From contig ML978121.1 in NCBI GenBank assembly GCA_010015805.1, positions 2,852,001 through 2,916,000 of the forward strand: a stretch of DNA of 64,000 nucleotides. The letters are read 5' to 3'. Origin of the DNA: Rhizodiscina lignyota (Eukaryota). The notes beneath the pieces were generated by a model that saw only the letters and a program-made list of their open reading frames with translations, was not told the origin of the DNA and did not search any database. This document shows positions 26,805 to 40,348 of the stretch, in pieces (positions within the stretch are counted from its first letter, which is position 1; each line of letters begins with the position of its first letter). Made by a program: the position numbers and the translations under genes.

Positions 26805-28249
26805 ATGGTCAGTATGAAGTCTACAAAATCTTCAAGAACGAAAATCAGATTCGCCTCAGAGCTAGATCTTCATGACGAAGCAAACCCCGGCACCAGCCTC
26901 GCTGCTGTCACCGACGGAGAACATATTCTGCTGTACTACGAAGACAGACGTGCACGCATACGAGAGATAAACCTGCCTTCATACTACAACGAAGATGTCG
27001 AGGTCCTGAAGAAGGAGGTTGCCAAGGACGCGATCGGGCCTTGCGCTATTGCGGCGTACGTTGTCCCAGAAGACGAGGCTTTTGCGAACAAACCAACTGT
27101 AAGTAAATCATCTCTCTCATCTGAGTAACCAGTGTCAACACGTTCAGAGAATGTTTCTTCGCACTTCTTTGACACTCTTCAAGCATAAGAGCTGAGGCTG
27201 ACATGTGCGATGAAGGTTCGTGTGATCTATCAGAAGCAGAAGAAAGATGCCTGCCTATCACAAAAGGTTCGGGTGCTCTACGACGAGCCTTGGGCTGATC
27301 TGGAACTCCACGGCGCAGCAGGCTCAACTCCCCTGCCCCGAGAGACTTCTTCCGGTGCCTGCGCGCTCCACGAGGCCCTTCCCTCGCTAGGAGTGCAAGG
27401 CGAGCACGAGATGATCTTCCTTACAGCGTATGGCCTACCAGGAGCTGCTGAATATAGAGGCTCTTCGCATACTGATGCGAAATTTCACAGAAAGCCGGTC
27501 CCCACTTTCGAAGCCCCAAGGTTCACATGCTTCAAAAGGGGCAGCACGGGCAACCGGAGATGGATGCCTGCCGCTAGACAACCTCCTGTGACTTCGGCGT
27601 GGAACCCTCGCACGAGCCTTGCGTGCAGAGCGCTTCCAAATGACGGCGGTGAGGACGCGTGTGTAGAGGTCTACTCCCAGGACATCGCCGGCAACATATG
27701 CATGTTAAGGCGTGCTACAGAATGGCAAGGTATGATCAATCCCGCGATTTCTGCGAAATCTTATCAGATTGATAATGCATTTCAAATTTCTGACAACGTG
27801 CAGCTCAACAGACGATCATCAAGGCGGCTGAAGTGAAGCCGCAGGGATCTCCTCTAGCGGTTGCACCCGACCCTGTCGACCCCCGCAGAGCGCACGTAAT
27901 CTTCGTTGATATGGCAGGCTTTATCAGCGATTACTTTGGTGGCAGCAAGACGCACATTGCCAAGTACCACAGTGGTGGACTTGCCGCGATTACGTACAGC
28001 AAGGGAAGGATCATTGTCTTCTTTGGGTATACCGACTGCTCGATTCCGTTCGATAAGCGCTGCACGGGCATTAACAGCTACGTATATGAGAGAGGCGCGT
28101 GGAAGTTTGGGAAGGTTGTCTTGAGAGCCGTGGAAGGACGTCAGAGCGCTGAAACAGTTCCTCCCACGCCGACCGAGTCAGTTCATGGCGGTCCGGAAGA
28201 TGTGGCGGCCACGTTGCGAGACCTGGGCATCTCCGAGACTGCAGATTAA
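26805..28249 (+). CDS. Fucose-specific-lectin-like beta-propeller protein (3 exons)
   Basis: Repeated blade-like motifs GTSLAAV..ILLYYED, RTSLAC..VEVYSQD, GSPLAV..HVIFVD, GGLAAI..IIVFFG; introns at about 27099-27215 and 27730-27803 restore the frame; no signal peptide. Confidence 0.65.
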
Positions 28250-28903
28250 GATTAGAGTTCTTGGTGGCGCTTCCATAGAGGGCACGAACCAAAAGGTTAA
28301 AAGGTCTACGGAGGCCGAAAAGGGACGGACAGTGTTGTCTGTTCACTAATTAAGCAATGCGAACAATGCGGCGACGTTGTACGCCAATCATGCAGTGCAT
28401 CCCCAGTTCTCTGAAACTGGTTCATCTTTCTGGAATTCTTGACATAATGTAGAAGGAGCCCCGGTAGCGCCAGCTGTGATCCAGAAGGTCGTAAATCTGG
28501 TTGACAGGGGTTCTTGCTGCGTCTCGCCCGATATAGAGGGGCGTCTGCGAGATAAAGGCGCATGGGAGACCAAGCGGCCGGTCGAACTCAAATCCTTTGC
28601 ACATACGACTTTTAGCAGAGAAATCTCACTTCTGACCCCTTTGCCCGTGGATTCCCGGCACATACGTTCAAAATAAATGAAAGGCGGAGAAAATGTGTGC
28701 TTTGTGGTCGATTTAGAATTTAGCCTATCATGACAGAGCGCCAATCCATGCCGTCAGATTCTGAGTTCTCCGGCGTTCCGTTTTCCATCCCCACATCAAC
28801 GCCAAATTATATCTCGTATATTTGAATTCTATGGTCGTTCATTGTACAAACCCAAGGAAAAACTCATTTCACTTCGTAAGCCTTTGCGCACGGTGTGACC
28901 GCA

Positions 28904-30606
28904 TCACCAGCCGAACTGCTCATTTTGCAGCGTGACGCTCGGGCCCGATATCGGGATGGACTTGGCCACGGTATTTCGGACCTCTTGCATGAGCATCTTC
29001 GGCCCACAGCATGATACGATGATGCGATCGGTCTTGTTAGCAGTGCTTATCAGATCATCAACCGTGGCCTTGATGTCGGGCCGCCCTTCCTCTTTGCGGA
29101 TGGTCGGGAAGTGATTGTAACTCATGTGTCGAGGCGCATCTCCGTTGTCGAAGACCTTTTCGAGGATCGCTTCGTGACGTCCGGGACGAGTGACAAAGAC
29201 TGTGAGATTGATGTGGGGTGATGCCTGGATCTCTTCAAGCTCGTCCTTGAACCACTCCATGTGTTCCTCAGACTGTATGATCCATGCAAGCTCGATGATC
29301 TGGTTGTCATTCCATTGCTTACGGCGGACAATGTCCAACGCAATTGCAAATGAGAATGTCGCACCAACGCCGCCGGCAACCAATAGCACCTTGTCGTAGC
29401 TGTGGAAATCTGGCGTGTTCCCGAAGGGACCGTCGATGAGCACTGAAACTTCCTTTCCAGGATGCTGCTGGGCATATTCATGGAGTGCGGCGGTGAAACC
29501 GTCCCGATTACGAATCCGTAATTGCGTGTAAGTCGTGTCGGAGATGGTAAACGGATGGGCTTCGAAAGTTCTGACTTTGGGTATTGTGATGAAGATGTGA
29601 TCGCCCGGTTTCGCACGCAGCGTTTTCTTGAACACGACTTTGGTCGCCCCGTTGAGAGGCATAAGGATGGCCCGGTTTCCCCAACTGTTGTAGACCAGCA
29701 CGAGAAAACGCACAAGTCGGCTGAGGAAAAAGCTGGCGCCAATGAAGACGACAATCCACACAGCTTTCCGTACTAGGTCTGGTTTGTGCAATCCAACGTT
29801 GATAATGACAAGAAGGAATCCAATCATATGAGTCTTCACAAAGAGTTCGTAGAAGCGCTGTCGAATCGGCTGAATGGCGAACATGCACATGACGAATAGA
29901 CCTCCGCCGGCGATGTAACCATGAATCTGTTCGATCTGAAGGAGGGTCGGATATGCTTGACCTTGAGTGAAAAGACTGCCCGTGTAGATTCTGTAGACCA
30001 TTAGCAGCGAATTTCCGTACTAAGCGCCATCAAAACATACGTCCAATGTAACATCCAGAAGATCAGTGTGCACCATCCGGATGCTCGATGGAGGACGTTT
30101 AATCTTTCGTGAGAATAGCCGGTGAGAATAGCGACTGGATTGTTCTTGATACTGAGCACGACAGTGGTCGTCATGTTCAGGAGCGTCATCCTAATTCCGC
30201 CATTAACTTAAGTGCATCAAATATCAGCTGGAGCCATTTACCATCCTAGCCTTTTGGCAAACGAATTCCTGTGGTTGATAAATGGAAGAGGTGGTTTATA
30301 TGTGAATGTCAACACGATGTTAACGAGTATGTACACCAGTATAGTCAAGGCGTGCCCCCCGGACACGAATTTGGGGATTTTGCGAAGGAGGACTCGGCGT
30401 GCCAGTCTCGTTGGGAAGGTCAAGAATTGAGTGAACGACTGGAACCGCTTGCCATAGTAGTGCACGAGGAGGTACGCGAATCTGAAAATTACGAAGAGAA
30501 AGATGTATGATCCAAGAAAGGCCGCAAAATGCTTGGCCGTATTGATGTCGTACTTGGCGATGATATTGTATTGCTCTAACTGTGGCAATTTCGAAATGTC
30601 TGCCAT
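28904..30606 (-). CDS. Ferric/cupric reductase (FRE/NOX-like transmembrane component)
   Basis: KNNPVAILTGYSHERLNVLHR, FYELFVKTH, FAD motif HPFTIS, IDGPFG, LVAGGVGATF, CCGP, terminal EQFGW. Confidence 0.93.
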
Positions 30607-33138
30607 TTTGGTGACTTTGGATCTGGCTCTTTGACGACTGACGACTGGCAAAGATTGGAATACTTCAATATATATATCAAAGCGAGATTGACTAAATCAC
30701 GCTAGACTTCACCACCTACCTCCTGAGTTGGCACGTGTAAAACCATGCATGGCTATCCGAAGCGGCAAAGTGTCAACGCGGCTCATAAGCTTACAAGCTT
30801 CAGTTCGTCGGTTTCACAGTCTTCGATTTGCAAATTCAGCGCGTTCAATGGCGAATTGCTGATTTGAAATACATGGGTGATATCTGCAAAGTCGGGTTGA
30901 TGTTCTATGAAGAACGGGCATGATGGATGCAGCAAATGGGAGTCCCCTGCGCGGTGACGGAAGAACATGGCGACCTCGTGCATCGGATTCGAATGCGTGG
31001 ATGCGCGTGCGACCGGGATAGCCAATAATAGCCGGACATGCGGCGTGCACCAGACTTTGAACTCGGAGGTTTACTTCTGGGAGTTGCGACTTGTACGGTG
31101 TACACGCGTCAAACAACAGATAACAGTGGGACAAGTTCATGCGCCGACGGCATTGCGTCTCTCGGAGGTATCCACAGTACTCAGAAGGGGCCGTGAACGA
31201 CCCGTACGTTCGTTGATAATCCGATGTTGCAGGGCTTGAAACGGCGGAACAGAGTATTCATAATTGTTAAGGCGAAGCTGGAGGAGATGTTTGATTGTTA
31301 AGACGGAAGGCCTGACGTGTGCGTTCGTTAGGTAAGCCGGACCCCAACGCTGTTCGGGAAGTAGTTCGGGTACCTGTTCGGGCCGTTCCTTGTCGGTCTG
31401 ATTGGGTAGTCCTTTAAATCTGTTGAAATGCTAGTAACCCACTGAAACCCTTTTAATAGGTAACAGACTCTCAAACTCACGCTCTTCTCATTTACTCGAA
31501 CGGCGTCATGAATCTCTCCTAATAGAGTACTTGCTTGGACACTGCCTTCGTTCACTTATCCAGGAAGACGTAGACGATTGGATATACAGCCCGCAAGCTA
31601 GGATATCGCCAATCTACCTTGGACACCGAACATCGCGACTTCGAAAACTCAATCATGATCGATAGCAAAGAAGCCCATTCCCAGAAAGATGATCGGAGAC
31701 GTGAGAATAAGGTATGGACGACCGATAGTGAGACCACGTGACCGTTGAGCGCCTGGGCTGTCTTACTCCATCGTAAAATGGAATTTCCCGGATGTATTCC
31801 GAATACGCATTGTTCTGGGCATGCTTTCCTGCGCCGAGAGCCAGATCAATCGTATTGGGAGACCTCTTATGTATCGTACACGAACGGTACACCCTCTCAC
31901 GGCGCCATCACCAAGCGGGGATTCATGGCCGCAGACACCGTCGTCCAAGCCTTTAGCTTGCGGCGCAAGCATCTCAGGAGGTCCAGCTGCCTGAACTTGG
32001 GGGAAGCATAACGCAATGAAATACGGAGTATCGTCAAGGAGGTCCGACCGGCTAGATGTATTGGCATTGAAGGTTGTAATCGGTGTGCGCCAAGTGTAAG
32101 CTGTTTGCAGACGCTCCTTGCACCACACGACGTCATATCGAACGCTTGATTCCATTGGCTGTCTCTACTAATCAGTAAACAACATCTATCCGATCTCAAA
32201 GCCATGGTGCCTCTTGGACAGTATGTTGGTTTGAGGATGTTCCAGGTTTCCGTTTACCCGAAAAGGTTGTTGCTACGAAACACTGTTCCTTTGAGCTGCT
32301 GGTCGCAGTCCATGAAGGGAGGCTGGAGGACTGCACTGGCTTACAGAATATTTGATATCCTGGTTCGAGGACAACAAGAATGAGGTCTCCACCAGTTCTC
32401 CGAATCGTGGAGTGTCGAGTCAGAGAAACAACTTGAGCACTTCATTCCGATCGGAATCCGGAAAGACCTGTAGTGGCCTTGGCATCTGTTCTCTCAGCCG
32501 CTATTCTAGCAAGAGGGTGAACGTTTGCAACGGGTTTCTCCTGTGGAAAACACGAATCCTGGCTCTCGGTTCTGCGGTGTGGAGAGGCTGTAACTGCGGT
32601 CACAGCTCGCTGAATCAGCGGCGATACAAGTTGGGCCGGGGTTCGATTAAAGTGGGCCCCGCTCGCAAGGCTGCATGGCTTGGCCGCCGCCTTGACTTGT
32701 TTTTGTATCCTAAACGCCGAAGACTATCGTCCGCTTCTCTTCCATCCAATGCTGCAATCGAGCGCCACTGTCATCTATTCGTCTTCCTGCATGGCAACGC
32801 CGGCGCTATTTTGCGAGGTCTGGGACAGACCTGTATCGCCCCTTTGACTAACTCACTTAGCCGTTGATCTGTACTAGCGAAGGGATACTGTTCCAACGTT
32901 ATGGTACAGCTGCATGTTTCCAGAATTCGAATATGCCCTTGACTAGGCGCAGTTGACCTCGTTCTCAGATTCGTCTTCCACCTCTAACCCGGCGGCGCTG
33001 ATTCCGTTGGGGGCCAAGTGGTACTCTCTGAGCGTGAACTGTCCCATGTTTACCATCATTACTTAAACTTGCGGTTCTCCATGGTGTCTTACATAAAATC
33101 TGACACCTTCAGTTATTCTCATCTTCATTGCATTCACA

Positions 33139-35685
33139 ATGTCTTCACCGGGTGACGATATTGGAGACACTCGAAGCTCTCCAGGTGAGAATCCTGGACG
33201 CATCAGAGTGTCAATTGCTTGCCAGCATTGTAGATTACGAAAAATCAAGTGCGATGGAGAAGTTCCCTGCAAGAAGTGCATCGAATCCGGAATTATCTGC
33301 CAACCGGGTGCAAAGCGGAAGAAGCGTGCGCCCAGCAGGAAGTGAGGGAGCCTGCTCCTTTCTAGTCTGATGTCCTGACCGTGCGAGCAGAGATCAATAT
33401 ATCCGAGAATTAGAAAAGAAGATCCAAAGCCTTGAAGGTCTCCAGCTCCGTCAAGTGTCACCTCAAAGCCAAGAGCGACAACGCGATCGACACAGTAACG
33501 CAGAGGCGCATGGTGCTAGAGAACGATCTGTGCTCTTAAATGGGGCTCCTTACAAAAAGGACACCAACCAGCTTGATGAGTCTCAGTACTTTGGAGCTTC
33601 TTCTTCCTTGGGCTCAATCGAAGTCGAAACGCCCCGACAACATCACACGAGCAGTTCCATCCGCGACCACGTATCACGCTCTGAGTCTCTACCACAGTTC
33701 CAGGACGCCGAACACCCCATAATTATTGGGCACCATGCATACGATGACGACTTGGATACCAATTTACAAGTCGTACAAGCTCAACTACCAAGCCCTGAAG
33801 TCATTCAACATTATATCGACAAATATTTCATCTATTTTGCGGTCCGATGTCCGGTGTTGAACGAATCAGATTTCCGCTCGAGGGCAATGGTTCTAATGCA
33901 AGAACAATCAACAGAAAGTGTGCCAGATTCATTCATTTCTGTCTTTCTTATGGTACTCTGCCTGGGCGAATATTTCTCCTCCGGCGACGAAGGTCCTGAG
34001 AATGTCCGTCTCGTCGCTGGTTGGAAGTACTTCCTTTCATCTTATAGCAATGTTCGAGAGGGATTGAGGAGAATGAACCTCGATTTCATGCAAGCGACTG
34101 TACTTCAAGTGCGCAAGTAGCGCCCTTTGGATTCTCGACTCTCAACTGACTCGCACTAGATCATTTTCTTGCAGGCCATCTCCAAGATTGCGGTTGCCTA
34201 CATTCTCCTGGGTACACTCATTCGACTTATGCAGGCCGCGGGCATACATCGCGCTCAGGATATGTCCACCCCGGAGGGTATCGTCAAAACAAACTTGATG
34301 AACATAGTCTATGTCCAGGAAAAGTGAGTCCTCGATACCGTCGACCAAAAATGAATCTTGCTAACAAATAGACAGACAGCTAGCTCTGGTCTTGGGTAGA
34401 CCGTCACTAATTCAAGACTTTGACTGTGATTTTTTCACTCCCACCGCACCGTCACCAAAAGACAATCCGGGGCCGTACGGTGCTTATGCCGGACAAGTGC
34501 ATCTGGCTCGAATTGCCGGACAAATCCAAAAGCTTCTGTACAGTGCTGAAGCTGCTCGAACCTCAGCATCTGCGTATCTGCGAAACGTTGAAATCTGCGA
34601 AGCAGAGCTAGAGCAATGGCGTCGGCTCTATATCCCGCTGTTTCCAGTTGGCGGACATTTCGATCATCAGTGCGACATCCCACGGGAAGCACTCGAAAAC
34701 AAATTCCAGAGAGGGATTCCCAGCAATTTCATCACGTACTTGTACTTGCTGTGCCACGCCAAAAGAGCAATTCCTTTTTCGCATCAGTTGCCAGACGGAC
34801 GCAGTACCCCCGGCATTGACCCCGAAGCCGTGGGAATTGCAATGGCCATGACCCGATTGACAGTCATGAACAAACAGCAAATCGAACCTACTGCCTGGTA
34901 TGCTGTGATCTGCAATTACAAAACTCAGTACAGGACTGACATTCGTTTGCTACAGGCTCTCGATTTATAAAGCATTCACGGCTGCGGCGATCATTTATCA
35001 GTCTCTGAAGACCAAGGCTCGTCTCAAGTCGCTCACGAATTCTCCATCGCAGATCATTGAAACCGCAAGGGTCCAAGAAATTGCGACACTACGAGTGTTG
35101 GAATCAATCATGCAGACAGAAGTCCGGGGATATATTGGCGCCTCGAAATATCTTGCGGGCATTCTTCGAACTTGGATTGCTCAATTCGAGAACATCTTCG
35201 GCGAAGACGGTGGAGAGCCGAACACGGCGAACAGCATCAACCCGTCTCTCCAGCCAAGTGCTGAAGGACTGGGACCTTACCACTTCTCCCCCGTCGTCGA
35301 TATGAGCCAAGTGAGTCCAATGGGAATGGCATTCGCCTACAGGAATCAATTCACCGATCAATGGACCCCAATCGATGCTCAGCAGATGTTCCCAATGTTC
35401 CAACAAGATCCGATGACAGAATATGTGCCGCCCCCCTTTCAAGGGGTATATTCAATGCCCGAGCAAATGGACCTGACACTGACGACGGCAACAACGGATT
35501 TCCAAGGAACATACAATTGGCAACCACCGCAAAACTGGCTGCCCGATCCGCCTAGCGCTGCGATTGAAGGGACTGATTTCAGCGGCGCTGACATGTTCAA
35601 TCTCGAATCTGGATACCAGAATTTTGAGGTTAGTGATTTGCTGCTGCCACCATGGATGGTAGCACAGGGTATGCCAGATCATTGA
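33139..35685 (+). CDS. Zn(II)2Cys6 transcription factor with fungal-specific middle homology region
   Basis: ACQHCRLRKIKCDGEVPCKKCIESGIIC binuclear cluster; coiled coil after intron; LGRPSLIQD middle-homology motif; acidic C-terminus. Confidence 0.92.
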
Positions 35686-36472
35686 TAGCTTTGTTCTGGG
35701 CACTGTACGATACAGGAGCACTCTTCACTTAGATTCTTAGTATCACCGAACCGAGCCTCAGACTAGGGTGCGGCATGGGCCATGGGCCATGAGACACGAG
35801 AATTATGAAATTACGCCGTCTTACAAGGGCTAAGTCTAACCTTAAACAATCCAATTACCGAATTGAGCTTTTTGCGAGTACAAGAGAGTTCATGAACGCA
35901 TTTCCTCGTTGGAGCATTTACTGATTCGGAAGCATCTTCTTGGCGTGTGGAGTAATTTGTATTCAAGCTTTCGCTCACGTAACATTGCTCCTCAGCCACA
36001 GGCCCACTGTAGCCGTCCCTTTTAGGGCTAGCGTTTCGCAGGTTTAGACGATCGAGCCACGCAGATGTCGCAACGATGCTTGTCGCCGATCGGTCTTATC
36101 CCACCAAGTTGGTTTTCTAACGCATCGTGGAATTGCATAAGCGACCGGGGGAAATTTCCCTCGCGCGTTGACCGCTGATGAGAGTTAACACCAGCCTCAC
36201 CCAACCCCAGCGGACGTGCTGTCGGCCGTACTCCAGGTGAACTCTTTGAACCCTCTCTTGGCGCCCCTTAGCCCTATGGTGAAATCCGCCATGGTCCTCG
36301 TTACGGGAAATATGAAACCTTAATCACTGAGGACGTGATGACTACACAGCGGGTTATCTGCGCAGCAGTGGCACCCATTACCCATTTCGACAGACTATGT
36401 CAATCATGTCGTGTCAGTATCCCCACTGATTCCCCAGTCTGGACGCGATCTCTTCGCCGACCCGCAATGCAA

Positions 36473-36937
36473 TCATCTTGGCAACTGGCTGCCTCCCTCC
36501 GATCTTCCACCACCAACTCCGCCGCTAGTTCCAGCCCCGACTCCCATCCCGCCAGCATGTCCTCGTAGGGCTTCGCCCGTTCTTTTGGCCCTCAGAACCA
36601 ACCCTATCGCCTCTCCTTCGCCTTGAGGCCGGCGCCGCATCAGCTCCTCGAGTCCTAGATCGCGCCATGCAGGTTCTCTTTGCTTCTGAGTTGCACGTTG
36701 GATGCCAAACGCGGCATGCTGATCCGGCACGACGTCATCCTCGTCTTCGGGGTTAACAGGCTGATGCTGTGGAGGCACATAGATTTCGTCCGGGGCGAGA
36801 TGCGTGCGGTTGAAGTCTTCGAATAGGTCGGCGTGTTGCGCGGCGTGGAGATGTAGGGGTGATCTGGTTGAATCTTTCGACTGCAGGTAACTCAAATTAG
36901 TTTGCACATATTCCCCAGGATAGAATTTGTTTACCAT
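36473..36937 (-). CDS. APC13: Anaphase-promoting complex subunit Apc13-like; first exon is ATG only
   Basis: EDEDDVVPDQHAAFGI..REPAWRDLGL motif; ATG|GTAAAC..CTAAT..CTGCAG|TCGAAAGAT gives MSKDS. Confidence 0.8.
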   Translation of the reverse strand: MVNKFYPGEYVQTNLSYLQSKDSTRSPLHLHAAQHADLFEDFNRTHLAPDEIYVPPQHQPVNPEDEDDVVPDQHAAFGIQRATQKQREPAWRDLGLEELMRRRPQGEGEAIGLVLRAKRTGEALRGHAGGMGVGAGTSGGVGGGRSEGGSQLPR

Positions 36938-37281
36938 AATGGATAGAAGTCTTTGGGAACGTAAATCTCGAAGCGCTGTTGAATTGTGAAGTCATAAATA
37001 AACAACCATCTCCATGAACAGATCAGATCCCTGTCCATCACGTGAAAATTTAAGCGAGCGTTAGCGCATTGGCTGCTGCCAAGACCTCAAAATCGCACCC
37101 ACCAAAATTAAGTTCGACGGCAACGACGACGACACCCCATCAACCAGCAAACAAGAAGACATCCACGGCCACACTTTTAGGTTCGTAGCATGCGAAACTC
37201 CTCTCGAAGGCTCTTAATCGAATATAACTGACCGATCACTGTTCCCACAGACCTCAAAAGCGATAAAGTCAATCCGCAATC

Positions 37282-37598
37282 ATGTCTCACGAAACGGTCT
37301 GGTACTCGCGCCCGCGCAGCTACGGCAAGGGTGCTCGCGAATGGTACGCTGCCACTCTTCGATTCTGATGGAAATACTGGAAATGCGTAGTCAATGGTAG
37401 AGGCTAACGCGATATTCTCATACAGCCGCGTCTGCACGCACACGGCGGGTCTGATCCGCAAGTACGGCCTCAACATCTGTCGTCAGTGCTTCAGGGAGAA
37501 GTCGCAGGATATCGGTTTCACAAAGGTGCGTTTGGCTGGCGATAAGAATGCTTGGGAGATGTGGTCGACTTGGCTGACTGAGGAAATAGCACCGATAA
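37282..37598 (+). CDS. RPS29: 40S ribosomal protein S29 (uS14), 3 coding exons
   Basis: [56 protein letters not shown]. Confidence 0.98.
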
Positions 37599-37887
37599 AT
37601 TGAGTAACGCGGGTGGAGGGGAGATGCAATAAACGCCGACCTATGGAGGCATGGCAAACTCGGTGCAGTGGAGCATGCAGCATTCTTGTGGCTTTGAAAT
37701 CAGGACAGAGGTTCCGTCGCAGTCTTGCATTCTGAATTACGGAGCATAGGGTTTCATAAGAATCAAGCACCTTGAAATTCACACGTCTCTAACATCTGCA
37801 CTATCATATGTCGCTAGACTCTCATCCAAGAACGACACCGAAGGAACGCCATGACCATGCAATCGCCGTAAACCTGCAAAGTAACGC

Positions 37888-40007
37888 TTATATCTTAATG
37901 ATATCAACCCTTGCGCGATCAAACATTCGATGCGGGAGCAAGCCACCGGCATTCCTCTCCTCTTCGCTGGCATCCATAGGCAGCACTGTTACTCGTGCGT
38001 ACGTGCCGGGTGCCTTCTTCTTGGACAGCGTGCCTGGGTTGATACAGAGGACCGATTCTATCACCTAAATTTTAAAGTGTGTTAGCCATGTACCCTCCTT
38101 CAGATGGGGAGAGAACAAACCTTTGCAAAAGGCGTCAGGATCGAAGGAGTGACAAGCACATCCGGTCGGACATTCAACCATTCCCCTAGCTTTAAATAGC
38201 TGACATCGAGACTCGCTCCCATACTCTTCCAATCCATGTGTGCATTTTCATCCGCATCTTCTCCCTCCTCTTTTGCTTTCTTCTCTTCAAGAGCTGTCCT
38301 ATCTGCAGGGGGAAAGACAGGCATAAAGTGCTTCTGGCTTATCACTCCCCTACATGCCCTTTCGAAAACATTCTCGATTTTTGCCTTCCCGCCCACACAT
38401 CCTGCGCTTCGAATCTGCTCCAGCACGTCCAAACTACCCATGCCCCATACAGCTTCATTGAGGCTCAGCGTCACAGGATTCGTGACACACTGTATCGTCT
38501 TCTGGCCAGCTAGTCCAAGCTCTTTCCTGCTGAAGCGGTCTTGGGGCCATGATACTGCTCCCTTGGTCGCAGTGTCGCGAACATCAGGGACGATGATGAT
38601 TTGGCATGATGGCAACTGTGAGGCTAATTCGATCAGTGGCTGTGAGATGTGGTAGCGGAACAAGTCAGTCAAAGTGGCTTGATCTGGCGCAACTGGGTAA
38701 TTGTCTGGGAGCTCGAATGCGCCGGTGCGGATGATTGGATGTTCAATGTCCAGGAATGGGCCGAGGAGGATGAGACCGTCGGCTCGAGTTTCCAGCACAG
38801 TGGAGAGTAGAGCGTGGAACGCAGAAAAGTCGAGACTTGTTTGCTGGGTGTATGGGCCCGCAGCAATGATGATATTCAGCGGATGTGAAGATGAGTCGGC
38901 CATGGAGTCTGGATCTGATGAAGACCCCTGAACTCTGGCGTTGTGGACGTCTAGCTCTGCTGCAGTTGATGCCGCTGGTGGCAGAAGCGGGATACTAAGT
39001 TCTTCGGTGACCGTGAAGAAGTCTCCTGATGCGTTCATGCCACGCAAAGCAACGATCTTGCCAGGGAAGAAGTCGTAGCTTTGCAGCTGCTCGACGCGAA
39101 GCGGTACTCTGAGGCCTGCACCAGTCTTCCTTGAGGCTTCCAAAACGAGTGATGCTGGATTTAACCTTCCTTCTCCAGAATCAGAAGCGATTCTACCTAC
39201 GGCGACAATCTCGCTTGTACTTTGTGCTGATGGATTTCCAAATGCACTCTCCTCGAGCTTATGGCGTGCCTGTACTTCAGCCAGAAATTCCTCAATCCGA
39301 TCGTCCAGAATCTCCGAGGCTTCTGAGAGTTTCATAGCCATAGTCTTGTATGCATATTTAGATAGTTCGGTATTGGCCTTAAGCTTGATTCGCGTTTCGC
39401 TAGGAGCGGTTTCTGATGGGGAAGGAATTTCGATATGGCCATTGAGACTTTCTTGGATCTGGCCAGCGTTGGGACGAGACGCGAAGGACACATCGTTCGA
39501 TCCATTGACTCCATTGGTTCCCGTGGTTACAGGAGTCTTGGGGTCATTTGGGGTGCTTGTGGAGTAGTTCTTGCTCGCTTTAGGAGCTGGTGTCTCGAAA
39601 TTGGACTTGCGTTTCACTGTGCTGCCATTTGCTTTCCCCAATGCTCCCGGTCGTGGCGTATTGGGTACCACGCCGTCCATCATTCCAAAGACATCGCCAA
39701 CTCCTGCTCCTGCGCGCGGTGTAGCGCCGACTGCTCTTTTCTCTGTGCTCCGCACTTGATGTTTCCCACGACTCTCGCGCTCGAGAGCTTCGTGTAAATC
39801 TTTCTTAAAATCCCGTGTTGTAGCCAAGTCCAGCTTCGTCTCCTCTGCGCCCATCTTGATACTGTATGATTCCCATTTGTAGAAAAGCTCCTGAGGAGAG
39901 ATACCGTGGAGGCGTAGAATGGATTGCAATTCTCCGAGGACATCTGGGGCAACTTGTCGTGACGCGCCTCCAAAGCGGTCTTGCAATGTATCTGTCGTCG
40001 AATCCAT
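37888..40007 (-). CDS. POL12: DNA polymerase alpha/primase regulatory subunit B
   Basis: ELFYKWESY, VAVGRIASDS..RLN, FFPGKIVALRG, LILLGPFLD, RPDVLVTPS; last exon VIESVLCINPGTL after an intron at about 38065-38121. Confidence 0.95.
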
Positions 40008-40058
40008 CGTTGTTGTACCGAGTTTTATTGTTGCAAGTTTGAATTGATGTCAGTGTCA

Positions 40059-40128
40059 ACGCGCATGCACAGGACGCGCCGACGTGTCGCGACGCGCTAT
40101 CCCAAAAGGGCTAATTGAAAACGCGAAA
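40059..40128. promoter_or_regulatory. Cluster of MCB/SCB-like CGCG elements upstream of POL12
   Basis: ACGCGC at 40059, 40074 and 40092, TCGCGA at 40087, ACGCGAAA at 40121, all 50-120 bp upstream of a replication gene. Confidence 0.6.
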
Positions 40129-40348
40129 TCAGATAAGCGAGCTTCAAACGGTTCCGCCTGCCGTCTCATCCTACGAGCACGAGCCAGGCATATCCGGGGT
40201 TCACCGCCAAGCAATGTTAATGAATAAGTAATACGGATTTTCGAAATGGACAAAGTTCATACACAATTCCCCTTTTTCGCCTCTTTCCTAAATTTTAACA
40301 ATTCTCTCGCCTATCATCCGCCTTCATACACTGCGGCTGTAACCCCCA

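Noticed and set aside
33139..35685. Zn2Cys6 TF as the cluster regulator
   Set aside because: Separated from DUF3328 by APC13, RPS29, POL12 and CRAL-TRIO; unsupported
36020..36032. TTAGGGCTA as telomerase template or telomeric repeat
   Set aside because: Single imperfect copy with a mismatch to TAACCCTAA; no array
36130..36400. Group I intron-like P/Q/R fragments (AATTGC, AATCCGC, GACTA)
   Set aside because: No S element or P7 partner found; not in an rRNA context
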